63,068 nucleotides of DNA, filler included, from Lenisia limosa (GCA_001655205.1; 5 parts of 5 records of this genome joined end to end with filler, not necessarily neighbours in it), one strand, 5' to 3'; positions 24,870-44,199 are shown, numbered from the whole stretch's first letter. Numbers and translations: made by a program. The notes: generated from the sequence alone by a model not told the origin.

Positions 24870-27800
24870 ATGGGTAGGGGTACTTTAAGGAAGAAGTTAG
24901 TCTTATTACTGTAGGTGAAGAACAGAAGCCGGCTGCCGATGTCCCTCTTGGACCTGATGGAAAGCCTCTCTCAAAGCAAGCGATTAAGCGAATGAAGAAG
25001 CAGCTAGAGGCTGAAAAGAAAAAGGTTTGCTGCAGGTCTCCAAATTTACTTTCTAAGGCTGAGAAAGCTGCTCTCCAAGCCGAAAAGAAGGCTCAGCAAG
25101 AAAAAGAGAAGGCTGCTAAGGCTGCTGAAGTCACCACCATTACTATGGACACATCTCTTCCCGAAGCCAACAAGGTTTGTCCATTTATAACCCTACCTAT
25201 CGCCACCTCAACACCCTTTCCCTTTAATTAATTGATAATGTTGTATGTTAATGGCCAGTAAGGCCGGAGAATGAGGTATTCTTCTCAGTTCATGAGTGCT
25301 ACGATCACCTCCTTGACTATTCATTCCTGTAGATTAAGCTTCGCAACGTGAAGGACAACATTGGCAAGCGCGTTCTTTGCCGTGGATGGGTAGGTGGCGC
25401 TGTTTTAATCTTTATGCACTCGCTATTATTTTTTAAAATGTGAGTTGAATTTTGTGCTGTTGTATTCTCCATTTTTCAGCACATGATAAATACATAATCA
25501 CAGTCAAAAAAAAATGCAGAGACTAGGGTTGCCGTAAATAATGACCATTCAGTGCCACAGAGTACGTACTCAGGGTGCGTCCCTCATCTTCATTGTGCTC
25601 CGTGACGGATCTGGTTACCTCCAAACTGTCCTTGCTGGCGACCTTGTTGGCGGCTTTTCTTCTTCTTTTTTTTTTTTGTGCAGTTTATAAAATTGATTAC
25701 ATTATTTTCATTTATATGAATAGGATCTTAATTGTCTAAAACACCTGGGTTTCACATCAACCCCCCAGGCCAAGACCAAGGAGGCACGTGCACTCACCCG
25801 CGAAACATCCGTGGCGATCTACGGAACTCTCCACGCTGACGAGAGGGCCGAGGGCGGTGCTGAACTGCGTGCTGACTACTGGGAGGTGGGAGGCGAGAGT
25901 CAGTTCGGGGGCATAAGGCCTTGTATTACCTTTTTCGCAACTGCCTATATGCCACGTTGTAAAGTACTACTGCCTATACCTTCATAAGAATTGAATTTAA
26001 TATTGTACGTCTCTCACATACAGTATTTAAAAGTCAGAAATCTCCTTGTCTTCATTTGACTTTTTGTATTTCTCAGAATTTCGTCAGCGAATACAATAAA
26101 GTTTTGTCTTTTGTTGTTGTTTTTTTTTTTGTTTTTTTTTACCCCCCCCCCCCNNNNNNNNNNNNNNNNNNNNNNNNNNNNNNNNNNNNNNNNNNNNNNN
26201 NNNNNNNNNNNNNNNNNNNNNNNNNNNNNNNNNNNNNNNNNNNNNNNNNNNNNNAAGCCGGACCGGAGGTGCTCTTTGACAACCGGCACATCGTCCTTCG
26301 TGGCTCCAAGGCATCCAACATCCTCAAGGTATGGAGTCTTTCTTTCGCTGGGGTATACAACCGTTAGTTTGATTGGGGGGGAGGGGTACTTAATTCTCAG
26401 CTTTGGTATGTGTTGAGGTGGTATTAGGGCTTCACTTTGATTCGGAAAATATATGAATTTCTCGATAAATCCTCTAAAACTATCGCTGTTTAAGCNNNNN
26501 NNNNNNNNNNNNNNNNNNNNNNNNNNNNNNNNNNNNNNNNNNNNNNNNNNNNNNNNNNNNNNNNNNNNNNNNNNNNNNNNNNNNNNNNNNNNNNNNNNNN
26601 NNNNNNNNNNNNNNNNNNNNNNNNNNNNNNNNNNNNNNNNNNNNNNNNNNNNNNNNNNNNNNNNNNNNNNNNNNNNNNNNNNNNNNNNNNNNNNNNNNNN
26701 NNNNNNNNNNNNNNNNNNNNNNNNNNNNNNNNNNNNNNNNNNNNNNNNNNNNNNNNNNNNNNTAAGCCAGCAAGGTAAAATTCCGGGCTATTATTTTGAA
26801 ACAAATCCAAATGAAACCGTAAAACCATCACAACACCTGGTAGATTTTATTTTTAGTCTTCTCCCCCTTCATTTTGTTTTCTTACCTTCNNNNNNNNNNN
26901 NNNNNNNNNNNNNNNNNNNNNNNNNNNNNNNNNNNNNNNNNNNNNNNNNNNNNNNNNNNNNNNNNNNNNNNNNNNNNNNNNNNNNNNNNNNNNNNTCCAA
27001 ACTCAGTGTGAAGGCGGCTCCTCCCTCTTCAATGTGAGCACTTTGTTTGCCTCATTTTTTGATTCACACTGTCACAGTGTCTAATAATGCATCCAGGTTG
27101 ACTACTTCCAAGAAAAGGCCTACCTCACCCAGTCTAGCCAGGTGAGTTGCTCAGCTTTTGCCTGTTTGGGGCTTCTTATAAATTTTGTCAGTCTCGTACG
27201 CTTGTCCTTTTTGATTCTAATTCAAATATTCTGATACTTTAGCTCTATCTTGAAACTCTTATCCCTTCAATGGGTGATGTTTTCTGTATCCTTCCCTCCT
27301 ACAGAGCTGAAAAAAGGTTTGTGTTATAAAAGTAATGGGTGGACGGCTTCGGCCAGATACACCATACAATGTACTGATTATTTACCCGTGATAGTCGCAC
27401 CCGGCGCCATCTTGCCGAGTTCACACATGTCGAGGCTGAGTGCCCCTTCTTGGACTTTGACGAGCTCATGGATCGCATTGAGGACCTTGTATGTGACGTC
27501 ACCGAACGCGTCATGAACACCTCAACCGAACTCATGAAGGAGGTGTGTTTTGAGTTCCTACGGACACAAAAAAGGACTGAATGTCTGTATGAAATCTTCA
27601 TAAATATTGAGACACATTGCCCTTTTTGGACTTGGTACACGTAATAGATAAACACTTAGGAGCTGTACCTGGTTCAGGGGGGGGGGGGGGGNNNNNNNNN
27701 NNNNNNNNNNNNNNNNNNNNNNNNNNNNNNNNNNNNNNNNNNNNNNNNNNNNNNNNNNNNNNNNNNNNNNNNNNNNNNNNNNNNNNNNNNNNNNNNNNNN

Positions 27801-28842
27801 NNNNNNNNNNNNNNNNNNNNGTAATTTGACAACTGTCCAGATCAACCCTGAGTTCAAGGCTCCCCAGCGCCCTTTCAGAAGAATGTCGTATGTTGATGCC
27901 ATTGAGTGGCTCAGAAACGAGAAGGTCTTCAAGGTGGGTCTTATTTTATTATTGTGTCTTCCCTTTTTCTTAGTCCCTTTTGATCTTGTTGAAATGTCAC
28001 ACTTACCATGCAGGATGGTGGAGAAATTCTCTACGAATTTGGTGATGATATTCCCGAATCAGCTGAGCGCTACATGACTGACAAAATCAACGAGCCCATC
28101 TTCCTCCATTCGTAAGCGACAATCATTGTTTTTTTTTGTTTTTGTTTTTTGAAGAATATGAATTAATTTTGGTGGACGACTTCGACCCAGCAACAGTCCA
28201 TTCACCTTATTTTCATAACAAATATAAATGACCGTTTTAGATTCCCTGCCTCTCTTAAGTCCTTCTACATGCCAAGGTGCAAGGATGATAACCGTCTCAC
28301 CGAATCTGTAAGCGGGAAACCTCCCTCCCCCCGTGAATGTCCTTTTCCTTGAATTCTTCTCTCATACGCAGGTTGATCTTCTCATGCCCAACGTGGGAGA
28401 GATTGTTGGTGGCTCAATGCGTTGCTGGAACTATGACGACCTCATGGCCGTATAAGGGGTTGTCTTTATATCATCCTAGTAATGGCTCTATGGGAGGTTG
28501 TCTTTATATCATCCAAGTCATTCATGACGTCATACCTTCCCCAGGCATTTTTACATTTTAGGGTTACAAGCGCGAAGGCATCACTGACGTGGAGTCATAC
28601 TATTGGTTCACGGACCAGCGTAAATACGGCTCCGTCCCCCATGGTGGCTATGGCCTCGGCCTTGAACGGTAAGCTCATTGGGGCTGTTTACAGATGTCCT
28701 TTGTCCTTTTCTCGTTTCTGCACACCTTATTCCCTCCGCTGTGCTGATGTAACATCTTAGTTTCCTCTGTTGGGTTTTGGACCTCCACCATGTTCGCGAG
28801 ACCTGTGTGTACCCCCGTTACATCGAACGCTGCAAGCCCTAG
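24870..28842 (+). CDS. NARS1: Cytosolic asparaginyl-tRNA synthetase, multi-exon
   Basis: Exons encode [89 protein letters not shown] and [10 protein letters not shown]. Canonical GT-AG introns; gaps inside. Confidence 0.97.
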
Positions 28843-29659
28843 GCTACCTCCAGGAAATCAGGAAATTAGGAGATACATGTTTTTTTCTCTTCAACTGCCA
28901 CCTTTCTCCAACACTCTGGTTGATTTTTTTAGTTTTCACTTGTTCTAAGTTGTCCAAAACCACCACCATCATCACATACACACTTACACGCAACTTGCAT
29001 GAGTCTTAATAAATACAAAAGGGGGGACAGATAGTGTGGTAATATTTCCGGAGGAATCCCATGCAATCCCATAATTCCATGCATACCTTCTNNNNNNNNN
29101 NNNNNNNNNNNNNNNNNNNNNNNNNNNNNNNNNNNNNNNNNNNNNNNNNNNNNNNNNNNNNNNNNNNNNNNNNNNNNNNNNNNTTCCACCAGCACCACTC
29201 TCCAAAACCCGGTTTCCACCATCCACCACTGTTTTTGGCAAAATCGTTGTATATATTATATATCATATATCATATATATACATATAATTATATCATATGA
29301 TATGTCTAGAAAATAATAATTAGACCTAATTTGTACCTAATAGATCCTAATACATTTGAATTACATAACTACACATAACTGAAACTGTTTACTCAATGAC
29401 TCAACTGTGACTGTTGTGACTCAATCGAAGGGACTCAATGTCCTACTATTGCAATATTACATTATACTACTAGACCCCTCGTAAATAAGGAGGAAACAAC
29501 GAAGTATTAGGATATAACACAATTAACCTTCAAAGGTGAACTGCACGGGACTGTAATCCCCTGATGTTATGTGGGACTGAAATCAGACAGGGGTTTCATA
29601 TTACGATTTTTCATCACAATACTTAAAATACAATATGCTGTTCGTATCATGGAATAAAA

Positions 29660-31900
29660 TATTTGTGTTGGTGCCCTCTAGAACACGAATGTAATCTTTC
29701 AAAGATGATAACTCACAATTTTCCTATGTTCCACAAAATGTTAAACAACAGTATTATATTCGAAGTCAGTTTTGAACATAATCAGGTTTCTGGAGACCCA
29801 AACTCGTACTCTGGATTCTTCGGCTGTCTGAATTCCCTAACAATGGAATGCTCACAGTCGAGTGTACATCAGACTGTTCTTTGTCAATTTATCATTCTCA
29901 AACCGGGGGGAGGCCAAGTACCATTATTTGGAGGAAGCGGGGGTCTTTGAGCCAAACTGTGGTGTTTTATCCCTTCTCAGACCCGGGGGTGAAGGGCACA
30001 TACGGAGCAGACGATTGGGGAATGGTGGCCCACTCGGGAGTAAGCGGATATAACTTCCACATCTGTAGTAAAGACCATGTAAGCAAGAAGTAGATAGTTC
30101 CATTTATATTCTCTTAGGGGTTCACGTATGAAATTTCTGGAATTGGAATTTGCTCGGGTACGGGACCCAAACAAAAGTCCGTTTCTGACTGAAGGAAGCT
30201 CTGCAGATTGATGAATGTAAGGTTATATTCTCCTCCTTATTGGTGAATCCTGGAACTTGAAAAGAATATCTAAATTGTAAATATCATTTTTTCTACAGGC
30301 TACACGCTAACATTCCTATCATAAATTACTTTGAGCAATGCCATGCTCTGTCCCAGTCGGTGTCAACCCCTGAGTCGGCATATTGCAATGATCGAGATTG
30401 CAGCATTGTGACTCCTTTGTTCTGGGGGTGAGTAAAGTGATGGACCTACAGGGCCGTAGTCATGTATCCATTGTTGACATAGTTTGTTAGCGTTCATAAA
30501 AGACAACTGTGTTCCTTCCCAGTATTTCTAGACCATTAGTACCTTTCAGTTCCAACATCAAGAATAGCGTGATAGTCAGTCCATTTTTTGGGTAAATCAT
30601 TTGATAACACATCCAGTGGCTCGTATCTGGGAGTAATAAACAGAATTCCTTACACAAGGAGACTTGCCTGTCGCCCCGCCACTTTCACACGATCAAGACA
30701 TCTGAATTGTTCAGAAATGAAAAAAGAATGGGTCTTGTTTATCTGATCAAGGTGTTCCCTGAAAAGAAATTGAGAATGGAGTATTATCACTATGATATGA
30801 TATAATGATATAGCAGAACATATATTGCTACAATAGATCCTCCTCACCTGCACATTAACTCATGGTAAACATGCGCATATGCTTCTTCCGATATGATAGC
30901 TGCGACCTGAAAGTCAAACACAAGAATTCCCGGCAAACTCCATATCTGTAACAAATTGCTCTCAACCTAGCTGCCAAATTGACGGTATCACCAATTACCC
31001 CATATTTCAGTTTTTGTACTGCTCCTTGAAAGTAAATTCAGCATTAGATAATTGAGTATAGTGTTGTAACAGCACAATCAGAAGGATCCGTTTGACAACT
31101 CATATGATGAATAGAAATATAATTTACCTTTAGGTTTGTACAATTCCCACAACTTCATTTGGCTTACCGACATTGCCCGTGAGAACATAGCCACAAGATA
31201 CTCCAATGACAATTACAAGCTCCCCCGTTTGTTTTGTCAGTGCCTAGAGAGTTGATGACTACGTTGGTTACCATATATTTTTGATTTAGTGACAAAGCAT
31301 GACCTTTGATTTCCACTGCGGTTTTGCAACCCTTATATGGGTGATTATTGACATTGAATGGCGCATTCCAAAAGGCTAAAACTCCTTCTCCTTCAAATCT
31401 AGCGTGTGACTGGAAACCTTAACCCTACTCTCCGACTGTCCCTTCATTTGAAGTAATGAGCTCGTACACGTCTTCAAGGTAACTCGTCAACACACTTATC
31501 AATTTAGCAGGATGCAAATCTAAATGTCACAGTGCACCATTCTGGCTAACTCTCTGATATTGCCGTGAAGCCTTTAAGTCCACAGAATAGAACTGTCATA
31601 TACTGCGGCTTGAACCCAATCTACTCTATTACCCAAAAAGCTCTGGTATTCATTCGTTTTTGTAATCACACACTCACAGAAGCCTCTTTTTTGGAATGCA
31701 CAATCATTGTTGCAACAGCAGATGGAATATACTTTGCAAATGAAATCACTTTTCTTTGCATATCTAATAATTGGACGCACAAATCAAACCTTCAAATCCA
31801 ATTGACATCTTGTAAATTTCGGTTATTCTTGAATTGTTCAATACTTTTGAGCTACACCATGAACATACCACAAACAATGACATACACTTGAGAGTCCGCA
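29660..31900 (+). pseudogene. Decayed extracellular protein gene, possibly with IPT/TIG-like repeats
   Basis: Beta-rich fragments (VKPLSPQNRTVIYCG...FIRF..LECTIIVATADGIYF; VCTIP) with frequent stops. Confidence 0.3.
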
Positions 31901-33329
31901 AATTGCAGCTTCGTCAAACCTTCCAGTCTTGATGGTTAAGAAACAATAGATGTTTACCTGTTTGCTAGCTCGTTGAATGACTTAGCCGTATGAATTGAGA
32001 TAAAAAGGACAATGAGACTTGTTGCAAATAACAGGATAAGGCTAATAATCAAAAGAAGTTGTCGGTTGTTTTTGAATTCATCCTTTAAGGTCGCTATTGC
32101 GTCTTCAAACTAAAATGGTAGTCAAATCACCACTTCTTTGAGGCATAATCCCTATCACCTCAAGAGTATAAACAGTGTTTTCGCTTCTAAGAACCATTAT
32201 TTCATAATAGTCATTGTTGAAACTAATGAGACGGGCCTATCGATGTTATGTATTTTATGGCACAAACAGAAACTAGGGATCCGTCATTTGTAACATCATT
32301 GTAATAGTCATTATGAACTAGCCTTTGCCATTGGCTGTCAATGGAATCTAAAACCTAAGTAGTCAGGGAGCCTAAAAACAATACAGTGTCAACATACTGA
32401 AAGAGCAGTGGCAACCACCAGCTCGTCTAATCTTTCCTGAAGCGAAACGTACTGCAGACAATAATAACCCAAATCGTAACCAACTTGTACGGGTACTACC
32501 ACTTCACCCTCATTAGAAATGTAAGCCAAAACCCTGTTGTCTGGTGTGAAAAGGCAAATTGATTGCCCAGCTCCAAGAATATTCTATGTCATGTTAATTA
32601 AACGTTTTCCTCCCAACTAGAATATCATTAAATCGTATGTTGACAAAATGAGCAGCTGAATGTGACTCGATGGGTTCTCCAATTCCTGATAATAACTTTC
32701 AAATACTGCCACAACGAAGTGCACATTGTTACCTGCTGTATTCTCGCGTGAAGTTGTCCACCTATTTCAGTTAATACAGATTTTAACTTACTTTGATGGG
32801 GGATATGATGTCCACGGTTCATCTTCAGACTACAAATCATGAGTCAATAATAAACGTACAAAGATGTAAACCGCAGCAATACTGAGAATGGGTATTTCTT
32901 CGGTATTTCTGAAGGTTGGATACAAATGGTATCGCTGTATTCAGTTAGTTATCAAGGTTCAACTACTATTATGCCTCGTGCGACTTCAGCGTTGTCGTAC
33001 CATCTGCAAATGTCAAGATATACAAAAGGTTTTCCTCATTACAGATTTTGACGCTCCATTCCTTTCCTCCAAGGGGAAACGGGTAACCCAAATTCATCAA
33101 TTGATGCAATAAGTTGCACACCGTCCCCAGATAACTGAGAGATAAAATACATGTATCATATGTGTTATTATACCAAGTTAAATGGAAACCATTCACTGGT
33201 TTTATTTTCAAAATTATGAAAAGTATTTACAACCAACGCATTACTTCTCGGCTAAATGTTAAGATATTACAATACTCGGTTACAAAATAGGTGAATAAAT
33301 AAACATCTGTTTGATGCGTAGTCAGAATA

Positions 33330-34200
33330 TCCGGATTTCTTCTTGAATATCTTGGACGTTAGTCACAAACAGAACAAACCGCCAAACGACTTTTCGAGTT
33401 ATATCAACATCGCTTAACCAGCCCATAACACCCAAGTTTGCTATGCGAGTGTTCATTTTTGATTGTTGCTAAGTAATCAAAGTGAATTCAACCCTTACTG
33501 TCAAAACTCTTTCTGAACTCTCAGAAACGATTTGAGCAAGAGCAGTATGTATCTAAGTGGTAATATAGAAGGCGGCCTGATGCTGTCATACAATTTTTTG
33601 CTCTGACAATACTGCTTCTCGACAAGCTTCCTAATTTGTGTTGATAAATATCAACAAACTTGTGTTCTGTCAAAGTTTGAATTCGCAAATGAACCGTTGA
33701 TTATCATAGATTGAATCAATAAGATTGATACCTGGAAAAACAACCTGAAATTGTGAGATGACATAACCCGCACCTACATTACAACCGATATGGTCATGAG
33801 TGAGCATGTTTTCCTTTTATTTCCCAAGCTTTCATGGTGAGTTGTGTCTGTGCGAGGAGGCACATGAACTGCTACTCTCTAAGAAGTAATATTTCGTAGC
33901 TCCCCCTTGTACATACATTCCCCTGTCTCATTATTCGAAGTTGCTTCGAGGACATCAACGGAAAAGTGGTGACTAAAAGGACTTATTTGAAACATTACCA
34001 ACTGCCATTTATGCGCTCTGGCGGACTGTTAGTTCCACTTGAGTACTCCTAAAAATTATTCGGTCAATTCTGTACTTCATACCTGATTTTGTTCCATAAT
34101 TTTGTTGAACGGTTTCATGTCCATTTCTATAGCATCATAAGTTACCTGATTGCATCGTACCATAAGTACCTTTTCCAATTTCAATTGGAGACAATTCTTG
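33330..34200 (-). pseudogene. Degenerate protein kinase (TK/TKL-like) remnant
   Basis: IGKGTYGT, GECMYKGEL..RVAV, KG*IHFDYLA (IHRDLA-like) and TRIANLG (KIADFG-like), with stops and frameshifts. Confidence 0.45.
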
Positions 34201-35077
34201 GGGATGGGGTGACTGTAACATGAAAAAAGACCCAACCAATTTGACCTAACCTCGAAATATTCATCACCAATAACACGAGAGAAGAACTGCGATGGTGACT
34301 CGCATCTCTCCTATTGTGGATTAACAAAGTGCTTTCTTAATCAAACTGTAGATGTTGCAGGGTCCGCCACATGGCCTAGACTGAAACTCTTCACTATCAC
34401 TCGCCTGGCCCATGAAACACTTGTTAACTTTCACACCTACCTTTGAAAGTCTCCATCTGTGGAAGGATAAGAGACATTTCTAATAAGACATCCCTCACTG
34501 GCATCACGAGATAATTTGTGGACTTGCTTTGTCCGCTGATGAGAGTCTCTGTGCGTTTCGATTGGCGGTGGCCTTACCTTCTTGGCTCTGTCAAGGATAA
34601 GCGTCATGAGTTACTTCATCTTTGATTGTTGTTTTGAAAACCCCACACCTTTCAACAACACTTGACACAAATAGATGCTCATCATTAGAATCAAAAGGAG
34701 TGAAACCCTTTGGGTTGTCCATTATATACCGTAGGATGCAGCAATGGGCAATTATTTCTCAAAACAAAGAACCTTCAAATTACATCTACATCATATTAAT
34801 CAAAATGCAAATCACAATACAAAAAGTGTTCTGTCAGGGAGTTTCTTTTTGGTAGACACTACGTTAATTAAACGGAGTAAAGATAAAAAAAACGGTATTT
34901 AAACGGTAGCTGTATGTTATCCAAATAAGGAAAGTTGATTGAAAAGTGTTGCACCAATGCACCAACGCCAAAACGGTTAAAAAGAAATAGATACAGAATA
35001 TTAACCAAGATTACTTCTGTCTCAAAGAAATACGCCAAAATAACCATCGTGTTTTAGATCATCTCCTCACCGAAAAA

Positions 35078-35983
35078 ATGACTGGTCCCTTGGTGCGTTT
35101 TGGAGAGAATAGGGCATACATTACTGTACATAATGTGTGTGATATTTGTTTCTAATTCAATATAGTACCAAACACTTGATACTGAGGTTTCTACCCGCAA
35201 TCCAAAAGGAACTGACAAGTCTAAGAAGGGTCATCCACAAATTGATATTATTTTAGCTAAGGTTGAGGGGGTTAAAAGAGGTTATTCAGTATCTGAAGTA
35301 TTCACCAATTTTATCAATCGCACCCTACACTGCTCTTCAAGCCTTCTTGCTATAATTACACTGCTATACATACTACGGTTCAAAATATTACAAAACTTTG
35401 ACAGTTGAATCCTTCCCCCATTTATTCTTTGTCTCTCTGTTTCGTTCTAATATGTAAAATCACTCTTAGCCACCATCTCTTCAACAAATCCAGTTTTTGT
35501 GTTTGTTTAATTATTTGATATGTGCTGTGCAAGTGCTGTGCTGCTGTGCCGTAGTTTTTTTTTTATATACTATCAGCTGTTGTAATTGTCTTGTTTCTGA
35601 TAATTGTTATCAATTCCGGTTTTGGTAAATGTATACCTTTTTTAATGTTCAGCAAGATGGCTCGATTGGTTTAACTGTGGGCAACAAATCAGGTGAAATC
35701 GAGGCAATTACCCCGTTTGTGGGGCAATGCTTCTGTTTATTGTACTTTCTGCCCTGTACCTCTTTTCACTTTCACGTCTCAAATTTCACCTTTAGGAACT
35801 CGCCAGCATCCTACTGTGACCTGGGTACTGGAGACAAAATTGTTGCTGTTAATGGTAGGTCCTATTGATGTTTTTGACAGAATAGGAAAGAAAATCAAGA
35901 GCGGCAAAGTGGTTAAGAGTGTGGCAGATGCTCTCAAAAAAGACTACGAAGTTCAGATCACGATCGAGAGAAAGGAAGAATAA
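35078..35983 (+). CDS. Small single-PDZ-domain protein, five exons
   Basis: In-phase exons 35078-35134, 35166-35261, 35653-35714, 35796-35854 and 35886-35983 give IDIILAKQDGSIGLTV..ITPNSPASYCDLGTGDKIVAVNG..EVQITIERKEE*. Confidence 0.8.
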
Positions 35984-36059
35984 TGATGGATAATGTAATA
36001 CTATATGATATGTACCAAAGCTTTAATACTGTACAATTTACCATGTATTGATACATAAC

Positions 36060-37341
36060 CTAATAGTAGAACACAGAGAATGAGAGGATTTTGGCCGTTT
36101 TTTGGTGGAATCTGCCTACCACTGCTTCTACCTGGTCCAACAGAACCACTGTTGGGTCAAACTACAATGATTAATACAACGATTTCAATCATACTACCCA
36201 ATTAATCATTAGACATCCAAATATATTAGTCAGTCAGTAAACCGGGGAAACCGCCTCTGACCATTTCACAAAGTGTCAACGCATGACGTGCACCGTTCAT
36301 AGCCTCTTCTCTGTTATCCTGGGTCTCAATATTGATGACAACCACAGGCGTAAACGTATGTGACGGTCGACTGTTGAGATCTGAAAAGAACTATTATTCC
36401 AGGAAATGAAAAACGAAACACCCCCAGTAAAAGTTAAATTGGTTGCCAACATCGTTTTCATAACCGGTACACATAACCACAACACCAGCAAACCTGTACA
36501 GACGGAATTGAAAACTCGCTCTTCAAAGGTGAAAACGACGTCAAAGCAAGTTTGATGAAGTTGCCATCTTTCTGGCCGTGCTTTCACCTGATAATATAAG
36601 TTTGTAGAACAGATGATCAAGTAGAATAAAGAGGTTGAAGAGGCCAACTACTGCTTTATTATGTTAAATAATTATTGCCCAAAAACACAAGTTAACAACA
36701 ACATTATTTAAAAAGCGAAAAAAAAAAAAAAAAAANNNNNNNNNNNNNNNNNNNNNNNNNNNNNNNNNNNNNNNNNNNNNNNNNNNNNNNNNNNNNNNNN
36801 NNNNNNNNNNNNNNNNNNNNNNNNNCTATTTTATCAGTTAACAAAACAAAAATCTCTTGTAATTACCCATCGTACTTTTGCGTTTCTGTCAACAAGAGAT
36901 AGCAGGCCTGATCGGGTATAACTAAAGAGTCAACATTAAGAAAAAAGGTGGAAAAACAGTATGCTATCTGGAACCGACATCATCAAGCAAAAGACCCCTG
37001 CTAAAGATCCATTTAGTATCCCACAAACTATCCTTCGTCTTTTTGTCGGAGATCCTCTGCGATGTTGGCGTAAGTCTCTCCAAACTTATAAATGTTTGGT
37101 GTTGTAGCTGTGAGTCCTGAAGGGTGGTTATCGAAACACAAATAAATCAATAATCTTTGAGTTTTTTACATCATTATCCACCACCAAAACCACAAGAACA
37201 ATCCAAACACTCACCAGGAAGCTTGACTTGGTTGTTGGTACCATAACTTCGGGAGTAATATCCCATACGAGAGACAAGAGCATGTGCTTCCATCGATCGA
37301 TTCATGTTACTGGCACAAACCATGGCATATTTAAACACCAT
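36060..37341 (-). CDS. SSU72: RNA polymerase II CTD phosphatase Ssu72, six exons, 191 aa
   Basis: MVFKYAMVCASNMNRSMEAH, VKLPG, PNIYKFG, GLLSLVDRN, PERWQ, FEERVF, VINIETQDNREEA, FYY*. All exon phases are consistent. Confidence 0.95.
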
Positions 37342-37712
37342 TCTGCCCCACAGAGGAAGAACCCCAAGAGATGATCAGCAAACTCTTCAGTAGTTGGGTG
37401 AAACCTGAACCTATTCCGCTTTTTCGCTCAGATACAGTCCATACACTTTATAAGCGCCTCTACAGATCAAATTATGTTCAAAAAAGAGGGATAAGAAGAA
37501 GAAGCGCGGTCTAAAAAGACATTTATACACCCCCCACACTTATGAATATTATGAGAAAAAAAAATGAAATTGAAATCATTGATGCTGGCTACTAATGGAG
37601 ATAAGAGTATCTCTCAAATATCAAGAAAATTAGGTGAAAATTGAAGATAGGCACAATAGCTCCGAAATACGTCCCTTTGTTATCGCTGAGTTTTTCCCTT
37701 GGCTTATCTAGG

Positions 37713-39471
37713 ATGCTCCCAGACTTGTTTTCGAGAATAAAAATCAGTGGCCCAGACTCTCCTCCATCAACATCACTTTCCCCCTTATCCCAAGAAGGAT
37801 GTGGTACAATCTTCGAGCTTCTTGGCCTCTGTGACTTCGACTGCAAACCTTCATACCCAGCTGATCCAAGCCACTTGTCAGAGAGATGCACGATACCACG
37901 GTTCAAGTACCCTGGAATGCCAAGCATCAATGAGTGGCGTCGTACCGAACATAGTAGGAGTGGAAGTGTCTTTCTTACACTCTGGAATCGGAATTTTAAT
38001 CAGAGTGATATCATCTTACGATTTTCATGATAATTTGGGCCACCATGAATAATGAGGCTCACCAGGTTCGATACACCGGGGCTTCGTGTGTTTTGTTTCA
38101 TTCATTTGCCAATTTTACCCCCTTTTTATTTTCATAAATGTTCCAATTTTACTCCCNNNNNNNNNNNNNNNNNNNNNNNNNNNNNNNNNNNNNNNNNNNN
38201 NNNNNNNNNNNNNNNNNNNNNNNNNNNNNNNNNNNNNNNNNNNNNNNNNNNNNNNNNNNNNNNNNNNNNNNNNNNNNNNNNNNNNNNNTCCAATTTACCA
38301 CCCCCCCCCCCAGGAGAACAAGTGGCGAAGGCAAAGGCTACAAAATCAAAGAGACCAAAAAAGCCCGAGGAAGTCAATGGGCTATTGGTGGGTGATGGCC
38401 ACCCGTTTTCCTCGATTTCATTTATATTTGTGATTCTGCCGTTTTATAATCATAAATAACATGCTGTTCTTTTGTAACTGAGAGTAGTCAGAGGGCGGAA
38501 CCTCACGGATTAGATTGATGAGGATCTTCTTGAGACTTTGACGAACCCCCGGCCTGAAACCACCGACTCCCGAGATGAACTCATCACCTGTCTGGAGGAG
38601 GAAGTTGCTGAGCTGAAGGTTGGGGGGGGGGGGTAAACGGAATTGAAATTGGAAATGGAGGGAATAGGACGTTTCCTTTCGTTTTGTAGTATTTGCAAAG
38701 AGTCTCATGAGTTAGGTCGCGTACCATCATGATGTAATGGAGGTGAAGAACAAAATGAGAAACCCGCTTGAGCAAGAGGTGTGTAGGTCTTCACTTTGGT
38801 ACGAATTATACAAATTAACTAGATTTTTGTCTGATTTCCGATTTTTTGAGAAATTAAGGTTATTTAGGAATGAAGTGTTGCCCTACAGACAAAATCTATA
38901 AAATTGTGTACAAATATCCTCTAATAGATATGTATTCCTCCTAGATACATCTCTGAAAACATTTAGACCGTTGAGCAGGCTGGACGAGTGGCTATGACTG
39001 AGGCGTTCAGAAACTATGAGGAACAAAAGGTGGGCGGAATAAAGGCAATCAATTGTCTTAGTAGGTGTACTTGAGACTTAAGTGTTACATTCTTTGAGTT
39101 ACATTTCAGCTCTCCGCTATCAACAAACGTCTGAAGGCGTCAAGAGAACGATTAGAGAACTATTCAAGGCTATTCACTAAAGTAGCTGCCTATGTTGACA
39201 CCTTGAGGTACATGGTGTTGTGAACAAACCGATAACTTAATTAGATTCTCTTCACCATTCAGCAGCCAATGAAAATTGGTTCCTAAAATGAGTTTATTTT
39301 TTTAGGGCATCACCGAAGGCCAAAATGACACACAGAGACTTGGATATCATTGAGTCTAAGATCAAGGTTTGCCGACTTCTATGCGGAAAAATAATCTTTT
39401 TTGTGACTCTCTAGGACGGTTCGATGGAAGAGGCGCTTTTTGCTGTGAGTAGCTTGCGGTCTAAAGTGTAG
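37713..39471 (+). CDS. Multi-exon coiled-coil protein of unknown function
   Basis: Consecutive in-phase exons (IDEDLLETL..LEEEVAELK; VAYHHDVMEVKNK; LSAINKRLKASRERLENY; DGSMEEALFAVSSLRSKV*). 5' end uncertain and gap inside. Confidence 0.6.
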
Positions 39472-39655
39472 GATTTATTCATTATTTAAACATTGTTTCT
39501 TTTTTTCCCAAAAGCTGTATCTATCAATAAGGAATTTTTGAAAAAAATTTCGGCTATGTAGCTCATTGGATTCATACATTATCCAACATAGCGCAAATGG
39601 GACTTCATCGTCTCCAAGTGAGAAAAAAACATGTAAAACACGTAAGACTAGACCA

Positions 39656-44199
<4,544 letters not shown>

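Noticed and set aside
29300-35000. Stop-codon reassignment as an explanation for in-frame TAA/TAG in domain-like frames
   Set aside because: RPS20, RPB11-like, DHX35, AsnRS and SSU72 end at TAA or TAG at the expected positions, and TGA stops and frameshifts also occur in the decayed frames.
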